A stretch of DNA of 31,447 bases from a virus (IMGVR_UViG_3300032233_000328:1-31447); one strand, 5' to 3'; positions 15,441 to 24,439 are shown, numbered from the stretch's first letter. Numbers and translations: made by a program. The notes: generated by a model from the letters alone, not told the origin.

Positions 15441-17299
15441 TGGCTGAAAAGAAAGTAATAGAGTTAGAAGTAAAGACGGAATCGTTTAAACCACTCAAAG
15501 CACAATTAAGGGAGGCACAAACATTAGTAGCAGAACTATCAGAAAAGTTTGGTGCAACATCTCAAGAAGCTATTGCTGCGGCTAAACGTGCATCTGAATT
15601 AAAAGACGCTATTGCAGACGCTAAAGATTTGACAGATGCATTCAACCCTGATGCTAAATTCAATGCTTTAAGTAATTCTATCGGTGGAGCATTAAACGGA
15701 TTTCAAGCATTTGAAGGAGCGTTAGGTTTAGTAGGTGTAGAATCTGAAGACTTACAAAAGACGCTTTTAAAAGTACAGTCTGCTATGGCTTTGTCTCAAG
15801 GTCTTCAGGGTGTAATGGAAGCCAAAGACTCATTTAAACAATTAGGAGCCGTTGTAGGCGATGTATTTGGCAAGATGTCTACAGCAAGTAAGGCTTTTGC
15901 TTTAACGGGTATTGGACTTCTCGTAACTGCTATCGGTACGCTTGTAGCTAATTGGGATAATGTAGCGCAGAAGTTAGGTCTTGTAAATGATAAACAAGAT
16001 GCTCTAAACTCTACAATGGATGCCTACAAAGAAGGCGCAAAAGAAGCTATACAGCAAACTACGGAAGTAGCTAATTCATTTGAACTTGCTCGTCAAGGTG
16101 TAATAAGCAAAGAAGAAGCTTTATTTGTATACAACGAAACGTTAGGAGATTCATTTGGTAAGGCAAAGAACCTAAATGAAGCAGAAGCATTATACGCTAA
16201 AAAGACGGATGCATATATAAAAGCTACTGCATTAAGAGCACAGGCCCAAGCATTATTTGCTAAAGCAGCAGATGAGCAGGTAAAAGCCTTGACTGCAAAT
16301 ATGGAAGACCAAACAGATGTGGTAGATAAAGCACAAGCTGGTCTAGCATCATATTTCTTTGGAGTAAAAGCAGGTGGAGAACAATTAATAAAATCACAGA
16401 AGGAAGCTACAAAAGAAGTAGAACGAACAAGTAAAAGGAAATCCAAAGCATTAAATGATTTAGCATCTGATTTACTTAAAGAAGCCGAGTTAATAGAGAA
16501 GAAAAACGGCATAGTTTCAGAGAACGAGAAAAAGACGCAAGACGCAATAGTCAAAAAGAAAAAAGAAACTACTCAAAAAGTAATAGAAGAAACAAGAAAG
16601 CAAGGAGAGATAACTCAAGAGCAAGAGGATTTCTTTACACAGATGCTTGTTGATTCTGAAGCTGAAAAACAAAAAATAAGAGACGAAGCCAAAGCCAAAC
16701 AGGAAGAGGAAGAGTTGATGCTAATGCAATTTAAAGGTGATCTATACAAACAAGACGTAGAAAACTTTGACGAAGCAGAAGCAAAGAAAAAACAACTCAG
16801 AGAAGATAACTTAAAGAGTGGTGTTCAACAAGCTAAGTTAGCTTTGGATTTAATTGCCTCTATAGCAGAATCAAATGCGGGTGAAGATGAATCAAGACAG
16901 AAAAAAGCGTTTCAATTAAGAAAAGCAGCTAACATAGCAAGTGCTACTATTGACGGATATAAAGCAGTATTATCTACATATGCAGATACTCCGGGTGGTC
17001 CTGTAGTTAAAGGTGTGGCTGCTGCTATTGCTGGAGCATTTGCTTTACTTCAAATATCTAACATAGCTAAATCAGAATTTACTCCATCAGGTGGTAATAA
17101 TTCTCCGTCAGCACCAACACCTTCAGGTGGTACATCTTCTGTAATTTCTCCTAACTTCAACATAGTAGGAAACGCACAAGCTACTAACCCACTTGCAGGT
17201 TTAGGCGGTCAACCTATTCAGGCCTATGTAGTGAGTGGTGAGGTTACGACAGCACAGAACTTAGATAGGAATAGAATTAATTACGCAACGTTCGGATAA
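15440..17299 (+). CDS. Tape measure protein
   Basis: 619 aa, Ala/Lys/Glu-rich helical with hydrophobic patches (GIGLLVTAIGTLVANWD); C-terminal QPIQAYVVSGEVTTAQ. Confidence 0.8.
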   Translation: MAEKKVIELEVKTESFKPLKAQLREAQTLVAELSEKFGATSQEAIAAAKRASELKDAIADAKDLTDAFNPDAKFNALSNSIGGALNGFQAFEGALGLVGVESEDLQKTLLKVQSAMALSQGLQGVMEAKDSFKQLGAVVGDVFGKMSTASKAFALTGIGLLVTAIGTLVANWDNVAQKLGLVNDKQDALNSTMDAYKEGAKEAIQQTTEVANSFELARQGVISKEEALFVYNETLGDSFGKAKNLNEAEALYAKKTDAYIKATALRAQAQALFAKAADEQVKALTANMEDQTDVVDKAQAGLASYFFGVKAGGEQLIKSQKEATKEVERTSKRKSKALNDLASDLLKEAELIEKKNGIVSENEKKTQDAIVKKKKETTQKVIEETRKQGEITQEQEDFFTQMLVDSEAEKQKIRDEAKAKQEEEELMLMQFKGDLYKQDVENFDEAEAKKKQLREDNLKSGVQQAKLALDLIASIAESNAGEDESRQKKAFQLRKAANIASATIDGYKAVLSTYADTPGGPVVKGVAAAIAGAFALLQISNIAKSEFTPSGGNNSPSAPTPSGGTSSVISPNFNIVGNAQATNPLAGLGGQPIQAYVVSGEVTTAQNLDRNRINYATFG

Positions 17300-17313
17300 G
17301 ATTAAAGTTATTA
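17286..17313 (+). promoter_or_regulatory. AAC-N17-GTT motif upstream of head protease
   Basis: CAAC 17286-17289, AGTTATTA 17306-17313, ATG at 17318. Confidence 0.65.
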
Positions 17314-17317
17314 GGAT

Positions 17318-17923
17318 ATGAAAATTATAGAATTGGTGATTGACGAGAAGGATGAGATGAGCGGTATAGATGCCGTTAGCGTAGTTCATTCTCCAGCGAT
17401 AGAGGAAAACTTTATAGCATTAGGAAAACACGAAGTAGAACTTAAAAAGATAGACGAAGAGAAACGCATCTTAATGGGCGCTGCTTTAATTCCTAATAAA
17501 CAAATCTACAGAGTAAACGAAAAGAAAGAGGAATACTACATTTTCTTTAGTGAGCAAACAGTTAAGAAGGCTTCTGAGTTATTCCTTATGCGTTCAAATC
17601 AGAATAACGCTACCTACGAACACAAAGACAAGTTAGAAGGTCTAAGCGTAGTTGAAAGTTGGATTATTGACGATGAGAAATCGGATAAAAGCCGATTATA
17701 TGGTTTTGATTTGCCAGTAGGAACGTGGATGATTTCTATGAAGGTAAATAACGATGAGGTGTGGAAAGACGTAAAAGAAGGTAAGATTAAAGGTTTTTCA
17801 ATAGAAGGTTACTTTGCAGACAGATACGAAATGAGCCTTAAAGATACGATTAGTGATCCGCAAACTGAAGACGAACTTATTGAAAAAATAAAAGAGATTA
17901 TCCGCAATGGCGAAGCAAACTAA
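17318..17923 (+). CDS. XkdF-like prohead serine protease
   Basis: EKRILMGAALIPNK, VVESWII, LPVGTW, VKEGKIKGFSIEG. Confidence 0.85.
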   Translation: MKIIELVIDEKDEMSGIDAVSVVHSPAIEENFIALGKHEVELKKIDEEKRILMGAALIPNKQIYRVNEKKEEYYIFFSEQTVKKASELFLMRSNQNNATYEHKDKLEGLSVVESWIIDDEKSDKSRLYGFDLPVGTWMISMKVNNDEVWKDVKEGKIKGFSIEGYFADRYEMSLKDTISDPQTEDELIEKIKEIIRNGEAN

Positions 17924-18041
17924 CGTCACTAACTTTCTTAAAAAGCCAAAGGTTAAAAGACCTAATGTTCACGCAAAGACGAAAGCGAGTAAATTGAAGT
18001 CAAGTAAAAATTACAAGAAACTTTATACAGGACAAGGATAA
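17907..18041 (+). CDS. Small highly basic protein (44 aa; not in ORF track)
   Basis: MAKQTNVTNFLKKPKVKRPNVHAKTKASKLKSSKNYKKLYTGQG; fills the gap exactly. Confidence 0.65.
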   Translation: MAKQTNVTNFLKKPKVKRPNVHAKTKASKLKSSKNYKKLYTGQG

Positions 18042-18662
18042 ATGGAAATTCCATATTTCATAAGATATAAAGATTTTACCACTATTGATCCAGCGGACTT
18101 ACTTTATTTAGACGATGTAAATAGTGATGTAATAAAGCGAGTTAGCGTACAGGACTTTGCAGATGGATTAGCACCAATCATTGAACCATCTCTAACAAAA
18201 GACAGGGGTTCGTTTTATGACACTACTACGCAAACTTGTACAAGTGGAGGTATTGAAGCTATGAGATTTAATTCTGTGGATTCTGATGCAACAAGTGGGG
18301 TAAGTATAGTAAATAACGGAAGCGGACACCCTACACGTATTACTGTCTCTAAGACGGGAGTATATAACATTATGTTTTCTGCTCAGTTACAAAGAACATC
18401 GGGTGGTTCGAGTAAGCAAGTAATTATATGGATGCGAAAAAACGGAACTGATGTAGCATATACGGCAACTCACTTAGCAGTACAAGCGAATGCTATTTAT
18501 TTAGTAGCAGCTTGGAACTTTTTCATAAAGTTAACTGCTGGTCAATATTGCGAGTTAATGTGGACACAAGACGATGCTATAGATATCAAATACGATCCAG
18601 CTAACACAACAGTTCCTTATCCTGAAACACCGAGTATAATTTTAACAGTAAACGAAGTATAA
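18042..18662 (+). CDS. Putative virion decoration/spike protein with C1q/TNF-like beta-sandwich
   Basis: ITVSKTGVYNIMFSAQL...IWMRKNG...LTAGQYCELMW...PSIILTV pattern. Confidence 0.55.
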   Translation: MEIPYFIRYKDFTTIDPADLLYLDDVNSDVIKRVSVQDFADGLAPIIEPSLTKDRGSFYDTTTQTCTSGGIEAMRFNSVDSDATSGVSIVNNGSGHPTRITVSKTGVYNIMFSAQLQRTSGGSSKQVIIWMRKNGTDVAYTATHLAVQANAIYLVAAWNFFIKLTAGQYCELMWTQDDAIDIKYDPANTTVPYPETPSIILTVNEV

Positions 18663-18732
18663 CGACTCATATATTGATCATTAAGCATTAAAAACACGGA
18701 TAATGACTAATATATTATACAAACTAATAGAT

Positions 18733-18933
18733 ATGGCAAAAAAACAAAAAACACTAAGTAACACATCTCCCAAAGGTGGTAGACGTGGATGTCTATGCGA
18801 TGACGGAACGTATAAGGCAGAATGTTGTGACGGAACACTACAAGCGCAAGGAGTAGGAAGCATCGTTAACCAAGAAACATCTACCGTAGTAAACACGAAT
18901 TCACAGCGAACTATCGTAACTACTCACGGGTAA
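18733..18933 (+). CDS. Small Cys-rich protein
   Basis: SPKGGRRGCLCDDGTYKAECCDGTLQAQGVG; ATG 18733 preferred to 18703. Confidence 0.7.
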   Translation: MAKKQKTLSNTSPKGGRRGCLCDDGTYKAECCDGTLQAQGVGSIVNQETSTVVNTNSQRTIVTTHG

Positions 18934-18938
18934 AAATA

Positions 18939-18966
18939 CAACAGAGTAAATAATAAATAGTTAATA
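18939..18966 (+). promoter_or_regulatory. AAC-N17-GTT motif upstream of scaffold/capsid operon
   Basis: CAAC 18939-18942, AGTTAATA 18959-18966, ATG at 18979. Confidence 0.7.
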
Positions 18967-18978
18967 AAAGAAAAAGCG

Positions 18979-19434
18979 ATGAGTACATTAAACAACATTT
19001 TATCTAAAATTGAAAAAGCTGATAAACTAAACGATGTTAAATTAGCTTCTCATAGAATGAATCTTGGAGCAGCTGAAGATATAGCAAAAGCAAAAGCTGA
19101 TTTAGATGGAATTTTAAAAGCATTGCCAGTAGAGTCTGCAAAATTAAAAGCTGCGGATGATAATATAGCAAAAGCAAAAGTAGCAGCGGCAAAAATGATT
19201 ACTGATTCACAATCTAATGCGGATAAAGCAATGGCAGCGGCTAATAAATATTCGGATAACGTTAGTAAAATGCTATCGAAAATTGGAACAACATTAGACA
19301 AAATTGATAAACAAGCTAAAGACCTTGGAATTGATCCTAAATCTATACCTGGTTATTCAGATGTCGATAAAGGTTATATGGCAGTTGACAACGCAAATAC
19401 AGCATTAAAAACTTATTCTTGGCAAAACGATTAA
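18979..19434 (+). CDS. Ala/Lys-rich helical protein
   Basis: 151 aa coiled-coil-like; internal 18-bp duplication. Confidence 0.7.
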   Translation: MSTLNNILSKIEKADKLNDVKLASHRMNLGAAEDIAKAKADLDGILKALPVESAKLKAADDNIAKAKVAAAKMITDSQSNADKAMAAANKYSDNVSKMLSKIGTTLDKIDKQAKDLGIDPKSIPGYSDVDKGYMAVDNANTALKTYSWQND

Positions 19435-19435
19435 T

Positions 19436-20044
19436 ATGAAAACAAACGTAATAAACCAAATTAAACAACTTCTTGGAATGGAAGTTAAACTTGAGCAAAT
19501 GATGTTAGCTGATGGAGTAACTGTAATCGAAGCGGATTCTTTTGATCCTGAGATGGCGGTAGTAATCGTAACAGAAGACGAACAAAAAATTCCTTTGCCT
19601 GTAGGTGAATATGAATTAGAAGATGGTCGTATTCTTGTGGTAGCAGTAGAAGGTATCATTGCTGAAGTTAAAGAAGCACCAGCACAAGAAGAAGAAGCGC
19701 CAATGGAACAACCTGAAGCGGAAGTGCCTGTTGAAGCGGAAGCTGAAGTAGAGGTTTCTACTCCTAAAAAGACGGTTGAGTCTATCATTAAAGAAACGTT
19801 CTTCTCTGAGATGGAAGCATTGAAACTTGAGAACGAAGAATTGAAAGCTAAATTGGAAACGTTTTCTAAAGTTGAGCCTACTACAGAAGTTACTACTGAA
19901 GAAGCTACTGAAAAAGTTGAACTCGAAGAAGTAAAACCTATTTCTTTCAACCCTGAAAAAACTAATCCTACAGAGTTCTTTAAACTTGCTTCTAAGAAAC
20001 CAAGAACTACTATGGATGTAATCCTTGAAAAACTTAATAAATAA
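19436..20044 (+). CDS. Putative capsid scaffolding protein
   Basis: Very Glu-rich; LPVGEYELEDGRILVV.EG.I motif; directly upstream of the capsid gene. Confidence 0.7.
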   Translation: MKTNVINQIKQLLGMEVKLEQMMLADGVTVIEADSFDPEMAVVIVTEDEQKIPLPVGEYELEDGRILVVAVEGIIAEVKEAPAQEEEAPMEQPEAEVPVEAEAEVEVSTPKKTVESIIKETFFSEMEALKLENEELKAKLETFSKVEPTTEVTTEEATEKVELEEVKPISFNPEKTNPTEFFKLASKKPRTTMDVILEKLNK

Positions 20045-20068
20045 TATTAATTCTTAATTTAAAAAACG

Positions 20069-21028
20069 ATGGCAACTACAACATCAATTACTACAACTTA
20101 TGCTGGTGAGTTCGCAGGTAAATACATCGCTGCTGCTCTCCTTTCTGCTCCAACTTTAGAGCAAGGTGGACTTACTATTCACCCAAATGTAAAGTACAAA
20201 CAAGTTATCCAAAAGGTAGCAACTGACGGAATCGTTAAAGATGCTACTTGTGACTTCGATGCTACTTCTACAGTAACACTTACTGAGAAAGTTCTTCAAC
20301 CTGAAGAATATCAAGTAAATTTGCAACTTTGTAAAAAATCATTTCATAGCACGTGGCAAGCGGCTGAGATGGGTTACGGAGCATTCGATGTTCTTCCTAA
20401 ATCTTTCGCAGATTTCCTTATTGCACACGTAGCTGAGAAAGTTGCTTCTCACATCGAAGGTGTTATTTGGGAAGGTAACAACGCTTCTGCTGGTGAATTC
20501 TCAGGAATTAACCGTCAGTTGACTACAGACGCCGAACTTCCATCTGCACAAGAAATTGCTGCTGTTGGTGGTGGTGTAAATGCTGGAAACGTTATTGCTC
20601 AGTTGGGTGCTATCGTTGATGCTTGTCCTACACGTTTGTATGGTGCGCCTGATCTTAAATTGTATCTTTCTTCTAACATCGTACGTGCTTATATCCGTGC
20701 TTTGGGTGGATTCGGTGCGTCAGGTCTTGGTGCTAATGGTACTAACAATCAAGGTACACAATGGTATACTAATGGTTCTTTGAGTTTCGATGGTATTCCA
20801 ATCTTCCTTGCTAACGGTATGGATAACAACAAAGGTTTGTTAACTACTACTACTAACCTACACTTCGCTACAGGTTTGATGTCTGACTTGAACCAAGTTA
20901 AAGTATTGGATATGGCAGAATTGGATGGTTCTGAGAACGTAAGAGTAATTATGCGTTTTACAGCTGATGCTAAATATGGTTTCGCTGGAGACATCGTAAC
21001 TTACGGAATTACAAACTCAGCTAACTAA
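20069..21028 (+). CDS. Major capsid protein
   Basis: 319 aa; TTYAGEFAGKYIAAALLS, VNLQLCKK; strong codon bias; follows the scaffold gene and is followed by a terminator. Confidence 0.85.
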   Translation: MATTTSITTTYAGEFAGKYIAAALLSAPTLEQGGLTIHPNVKYKQVIQKVATDGIVKDATCDFDATSTVTLTEKVLQPEEYQVNLQLCKKSFHSTWQAAEMGYGAFDVLPKSFADFLIAHVAEKVASHIEGVIWEGNNASAGEFSGINRQLTTDAELPSAQEIAAVGGGVNAGNVIAQLGAIVDACPTRLYGAPDLKLYLSSNIVRAYIRALGGFGASGLGANGTNNQGTQWYTNGSLSFDGIPIFLANGMDNNKGLLTTTTNLHFATGLMSDLNQVKVLDMAELDGSENVRVIMRFTADAKYGFAGDIVTYGITNSAN

Positions 21029-21049
21029 TATTACTGACTTAAATTAACG

Positions 21050-21080
21050 AGGGTGGTGGAATATCTGCCACCCTTTTTTT
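21050..21080 (+). terminator. Intrinsic terminator after capsid gene
   Basis: AGGGTGGTGGA-ATA-TCTGCCACCCT stem plus T-tract. Confidence 0.9.
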
Positions 21081-21103
21081 AATAACTTTAAATACTTTAA
21101 AAA

Positions 21104-21652
21104 ATGTCTTGTGATATAGCAAATGGTGTAGCAGAACCGTGTAAAACCGCAGTTGGTGGATTGGATGCAATCTACCTAATCAATTACGGAGATTACGCTG
21201 CTTCAGATATTACCTACAACGCAACAGCAACAGATCAGATTGACGATATCAATTCTGTTTCTTCTATCTACAAGTTTGAATTGAAAGGTGCAAACTCTTT
21301 CGAGCAAACTATTACTTCAAGCCGTGACAACGGAACTACTTACGTAGAGCAAACTTTGACTGTTACTCTTAAACAACAAAGCGCAGCTAAACACAAGTTG
21401 GTTAAATTGTTGGCTTACGGTCGCCCTCACGTTATCGTTAGAACACGTGCTGGTCAATACTTCCTTGCTGGTCTTGAGCGTGGAATGGATTTGACAAGCG
21501 GTGTTATCTCTAATGGTACTGCAATGGGAGACTTGAACGGATACACACTTACCTTTACGGGTATGGAAAACATCCCTGCTAACTTCTTGAACTGCTCTAC
21601 AGAAGCAGGATTAGTTTCAGTTATGTCTTCCGCTACTATTGTCACTTCATAG
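21104..21652 (+). CDS. Major tail tube protein
   Basis: 182 aa; MSC...EPCK..VGG, YVEQTLTVTL, GTAMGDLNGYTLTFTGME; high-expression codon bias. Confidence 0.75.
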   Translation: MSCDIANGVAEPCKTAVGGLDAIYLINYGDYAASDITYNATATDQIDDINSVSSIYKFELKGANSFEQTITSSRDNGTTYVEQTLTVTLKQQSAAKHKLVKLLAYGRPHVIVRTRAGQYFLAGLERGMDLTSGVISNGTAMGDLNGYTLTFTGMENIPANFLNCSTEAGLVSVMSSATIVTS

Positions 21653-21670
21653 TGTTTCTTTCATAGTGTT
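21646..21670 (+). repeat. Tandem TTCATAGTGTT (period 14) antisense to early-gene start regions
   Basis: Copies at 21646-21656 and 21660-21670; reverse complement matches 29094-29109 (16/16), 4864-4876 (13/13) and 30229-30244 (15/16). Confidence 0.8.
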
Positions 21671-21675
21671 AGATT

Positions 21676-21704
21676 GGGGAGGCTTCGGTCTCCCTTTTCT
21701 TTTT
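21676..21704 (+). terminator. Intrinsic terminator with cUUCGg tetraloop
   Basis: GGGGAGGC-TTCG-GTCTCCCT followed by TTTCTTTTT. Confidence 0.92.
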
Positions 21705-21707
21705 AAA

Positions 21708-21734
21708 AACAAAATCGAACTGCCGTAGTTAATA
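21708..21734 (+). promoter_or_regulatory. AAC-N17-GTT motif upstream of portal operon
   Basis: AAC 21708-21710, AGTTAATA 21727-21734, directly after a terminator; ATG at 21739. Confidence 0.7.
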
Positions 21735-21738
21735 TAGT

Positions 21739-22071
21739 ATGATTATCTTACAGGAAGTAGGTACGGCACAAAGTTTTTCATTTATCCCTCGTTCGGATAG
21801 CTATAATACTTTGCAGATTACAGATGAGCAAACGGGTGTAACATCAAATGTTACTATCACGTCTTTTGTTATAGGTCAGTATTACCACACGATTACGGCT
21901 ACATTTTCTTTAAAGCAGAATCATTACTACACACTAACACTTAAGCAAAACACGGACATCGTTTACAAAGACAAGGTATTTTGTACTAATCAGTCTATAC
22001 CGACTTTTAGCGTAAACAACGGTCAATACATAGTGAATACGTCAAATAACGACTTTATACTTTATGAGTAA
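21739..22071 (+). CDS. Putative virion structural protein
   Basis: 110-aa beta-rich ORF directly upstream of the portal. Confidence 0.55.
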   Translation: MIILQEVGTAQSFSFIPRSDSYNTLQITDEQTGVTSNVTITSFVIGQYYHTITATFSLKQNHYYTLTLKQNTDIVYKDKVFCTNQSIPTFSVNNGQYIVNTSNNDFILYE

Positions 22072-23821
22072 TATACACGTACTTAAACTGGCTCAATACG
22101 AACCGCCTGTAGTAGAAGAATCAAAGCGTAATGAATGGGTTACTTATGGTGAGAACAATTCTTACTATACTTTCCTTATGGAGCGTTACAAAAACTCTAC
22201 TACAAACAATGCTATAATAAATAATATCTCTCGTCTAATATACGGAAAAGGACTTAGTGCAACAGATGCTAACAAGAAGCCTAACGAGTACGCTCAGATG
22301 AAAGCTATGGTTAGTGCTGAAGACTTGCGTAAGGTGGTGTTAGACTTTGAGATGTTAGGACAAGCAGCGTTCCAGGTACATTATACTGCTGATAGAAAAA
22401 AGATACAGAAGTTATATCATATTCCCGTACATTTATTAGCGCCTGAGAAGTGTAATAAAGACGGAGAGATAGAAGCGTATTACTATTCTAATAATTGGGA
22501 AGATACACGCAACTATGCACCTGAAAGAATCCCAGCTTTTGGATATGGAAGCGAGAAGGTAGAGATACTAATTGTTCAGCCTTATTCTGTAGGGATGAAG
22601 TACTTTAGTTACGTAGACTATCAGGGTGGTATACCTTACGCAGTCTTAGAGGAAGAGATTTCTAACTATTTGATCAATGAGGTTCAGAGAGGATTTTCGG
22701 GGCGAATCGTAGTTAACTTTAACAACGGAGTTCCGACACCCGAAGAACAAGATATTATCAAATCTAAAGTTCTTAGCCAACTTTCAGGAACAGATGGACA
22801 CAAAGTTATTGTAGCATTCAATAACAACGCAGAGAGCAAAACTACGGTAGATGCAATGCCTGTAAACGATGCACCTGATTTGTACAATACTTTAAGTGAA
22901 GAATGTATGCGTAAGATAATGCTATCGCATAACGTTACTTCTCCTTTGCTTTTTGGTATTGCTTCGGCAAATGGTTTTAGTTCTAACGCTGACGAATTAC
23001 AAAACTCTTTTATCCTATTCGATAACTTAGTTGTTAGACCAAAGCAAGAAGTAATTTTAGACGCTATTGATAAAGTATTAGCATTTAATGGAGTTAGCCT
23101 TAATCTATTTTTTAGAACTCTTAAACCACTTGAGTTTAATGATCTTGAGAACGCACAGACACAAGAGCAAGTAATCGAACAGACGGGTACAGAATTAAGT
23201 TCACACGATGACCTAATTTCTAATGCTCTTATAGACTTAGGAGAAGAACCTAATGAAAATTGGCTTCTAATAGACGAATTTGAAGTTGACTATGATACTG
23301 ACGATAAAGAGAACGAAATACTTTCTAACGGGCTTAAATTATCTTTATTTGACAAAATAGTTAACCTTGTATCTACAGGAACGGCAAGACCTAACGCAAA
23401 ATCAGAGCAAGACGAAAAAATAGACGGAGTAAAGTTTATTACTCGTTACGTTTATGCTGGCGACACTACAGAGAAAAGTAGAAAGTTCTGTAAGAATATG
23501 ACTGCTGCCAATAAGATTTATCGTAAAGAAGACATTCAACTTATGTCTAAGCAAGTAGTAAATGAAGGATGGGGCCCGAGAGGGGCTGATACATACGATA
23601 TTTGGCTATACAAAGGTGGTGGTGCTTGTCATCACAGATGGAATAAAAGAGTATACGCAAGTTTTGAAGGAGTAGGTATAGATGTTAATTCCCCTAATGC
23701 TAAAATTATAGCTGGGAAGAAAGCGGAGCAGTATGGTTATGTAGTAAAGAATCCATCTTTAGTTTCTACTCGCCCTATTGATATGCCTAACAAAGGATTT
23801 TTACCAAAAGAAAATAAATAA
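22064..23821 (+). CDS. Portal protein with C-terminal extension
   Basis: WVTYGENN, STTNNAIIN, IMLSHNVTSPLLFGI, GFSSNADEL portal-type motifs; about 200 extra aa ending in SRKFC...YKGGGACHHRW. Confidence 0.8.
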   Translation: MSNIHVLKLAQYEPPVVEESKRNEWVTYGENNSYYTFLMERYKNSTTNNAIINNISRLIYGKGLSATDANKKPNEYAQMKAMVSAEDLRKVVLDFEMLGQAAFQVHYTADRKKIQKLYHIPVHLLAPEKCNKDGEIEAYYYSNNWEDTRNYAPERIPAFGYGSEKVEILIVQPYSVGMKYFSYVDYQGGIPYAVLEEEISNYLINEVQRGFSGRIVVNFNNGVPTPEEQDIIKSKVLSQLSGTDGHKVIVAFNNNAESKTTVDAMPVNDAPDLYNTLSEECMRKIMLSHNVTSPLLFGIASANGFSSNADELQNSFILFDNLVVRPKQEVILDAIDKVLAFNGVSLNLFFRTLKPLEFNDLENAQTQEQVIEQTGTELSSHDDLISNALIDLGEEPNENWLLIDEFEVDYDTDDKENEILSNGLKLSLFDKIVNLVSTGTARPNAKSEQDEKIDGVKFITRYVYAGDTTEKSRKFCKNMTAANKIYRKEDIQLMSKQVVNEGWGPRGADTYDIWLYKGGGACHHRWNKRVYASFEGVGIDVNSPNAKIIAGKKAEQYGYVVKNPSLVSTRPIDMPNKGFLPKENK

Positions 23822-24321
23822 TGGCAGAAGCATTATTAATCACGAGAGCAGATGTAGTTAAGTTTACTGCCGTAAATGGCAACGTAGACACGGATAAATT
23901 CATTCAGTTTATTAAAATTGCTCAAGACGTACATATTCAATCTATCTTAGGAACTGATCTACTAAACAAGATTAAAGCCGACATAGTAGCAAGTACATTA
24001 GCTAACCCATATTTAACGCTTCTAACGTCTTATATTAAGCCTATGCTTATACATTGGGCTATGGTAGAGTATTTACCTTTTGCAGCTTATACAATCGCAA
24101 ATAAGGGGGTGTATAAACACGAATCAGAGAACGCTGTAACGGTAGATAAAAACGAAGTAGATTTCTTAGTAGAAAAAGAACGTCAGATAGCTCAACACTA
24201 TACACAAAGATTTGTAGATTATATGGCATTTAATCAATCGTCTTTTCCTGAGTACAACTCTAACTCAAATGGAGATATGTACCCAAGAACGGATAATAAC
24301 TTTTTAGGCTGGGTTCTCTAA
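23821..24321 (+). CDS. Putative head-tail connector
   Basis: Helical 166 aa (IKIAQDVHIQSILGTDL...YIKPML) immediately after the portal. Confidence 0.55.
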   Translation: MAEALLITRADVVKFTAVNGNVDTDKFIQFIKIAQDVHIQSILGTDLLNKIKADIVASTLANPYLTLLTSYIKPMLIHWAMVEYLPFAAYTIANKGVYKHESENAVTVDKNEVDFLVEKERQIAQHYTQRFVDYMAFNQSSFPEYNSNSNGDMYPRTDNNFLGWVL

Positions 24322-24331
24322 TTTACACGCT

Positions 24332-24439
24332 ATGAAAAAATACAAACCGAAAGACAACAATATAAAGAAGTTAAAGTTATACTTACAGAAAGCGGAAAAA
24401 GATGGCGAACGACATAGGATGGGGAGCAGCAGTAAGTAA
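24332..24439 (+). CDS. Possible small basic protein (35 aa)
   Basis: MKKYKPKDNNIKKLKLYLQK...; fills the gap but overlaps the next gene and a promoter-like motif. Confidence 0.35.
   Translation: MKKYKPKDNNIKKLKLYLQKAEKDGERHRMGSSSK
24355..24382 (+). promoter_or_regulatory. AAC-N17-GTT motif upstream of tail fibre/RBP genes
   Basis: CAAC 24355-24358, AGTTATAC 24375-24382, ATG at 24402; lies within a possible small ORF. Confidence 0.45.

Noticed and set aside
21642-21670. Minus-strand gene starts, since the reverse complement looks like an early leader plus ATG
   Set aside because: Both ATGs hit stops almost immediately (MKETL* and MK*), and no minus-strand promoter was seen; the antisense or binding-site reading fits better.
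21646-21670. Mini CRISPR array
   Set aside because: Only two 11-nt units 3 nt apart, with no spacers and no cas genes.
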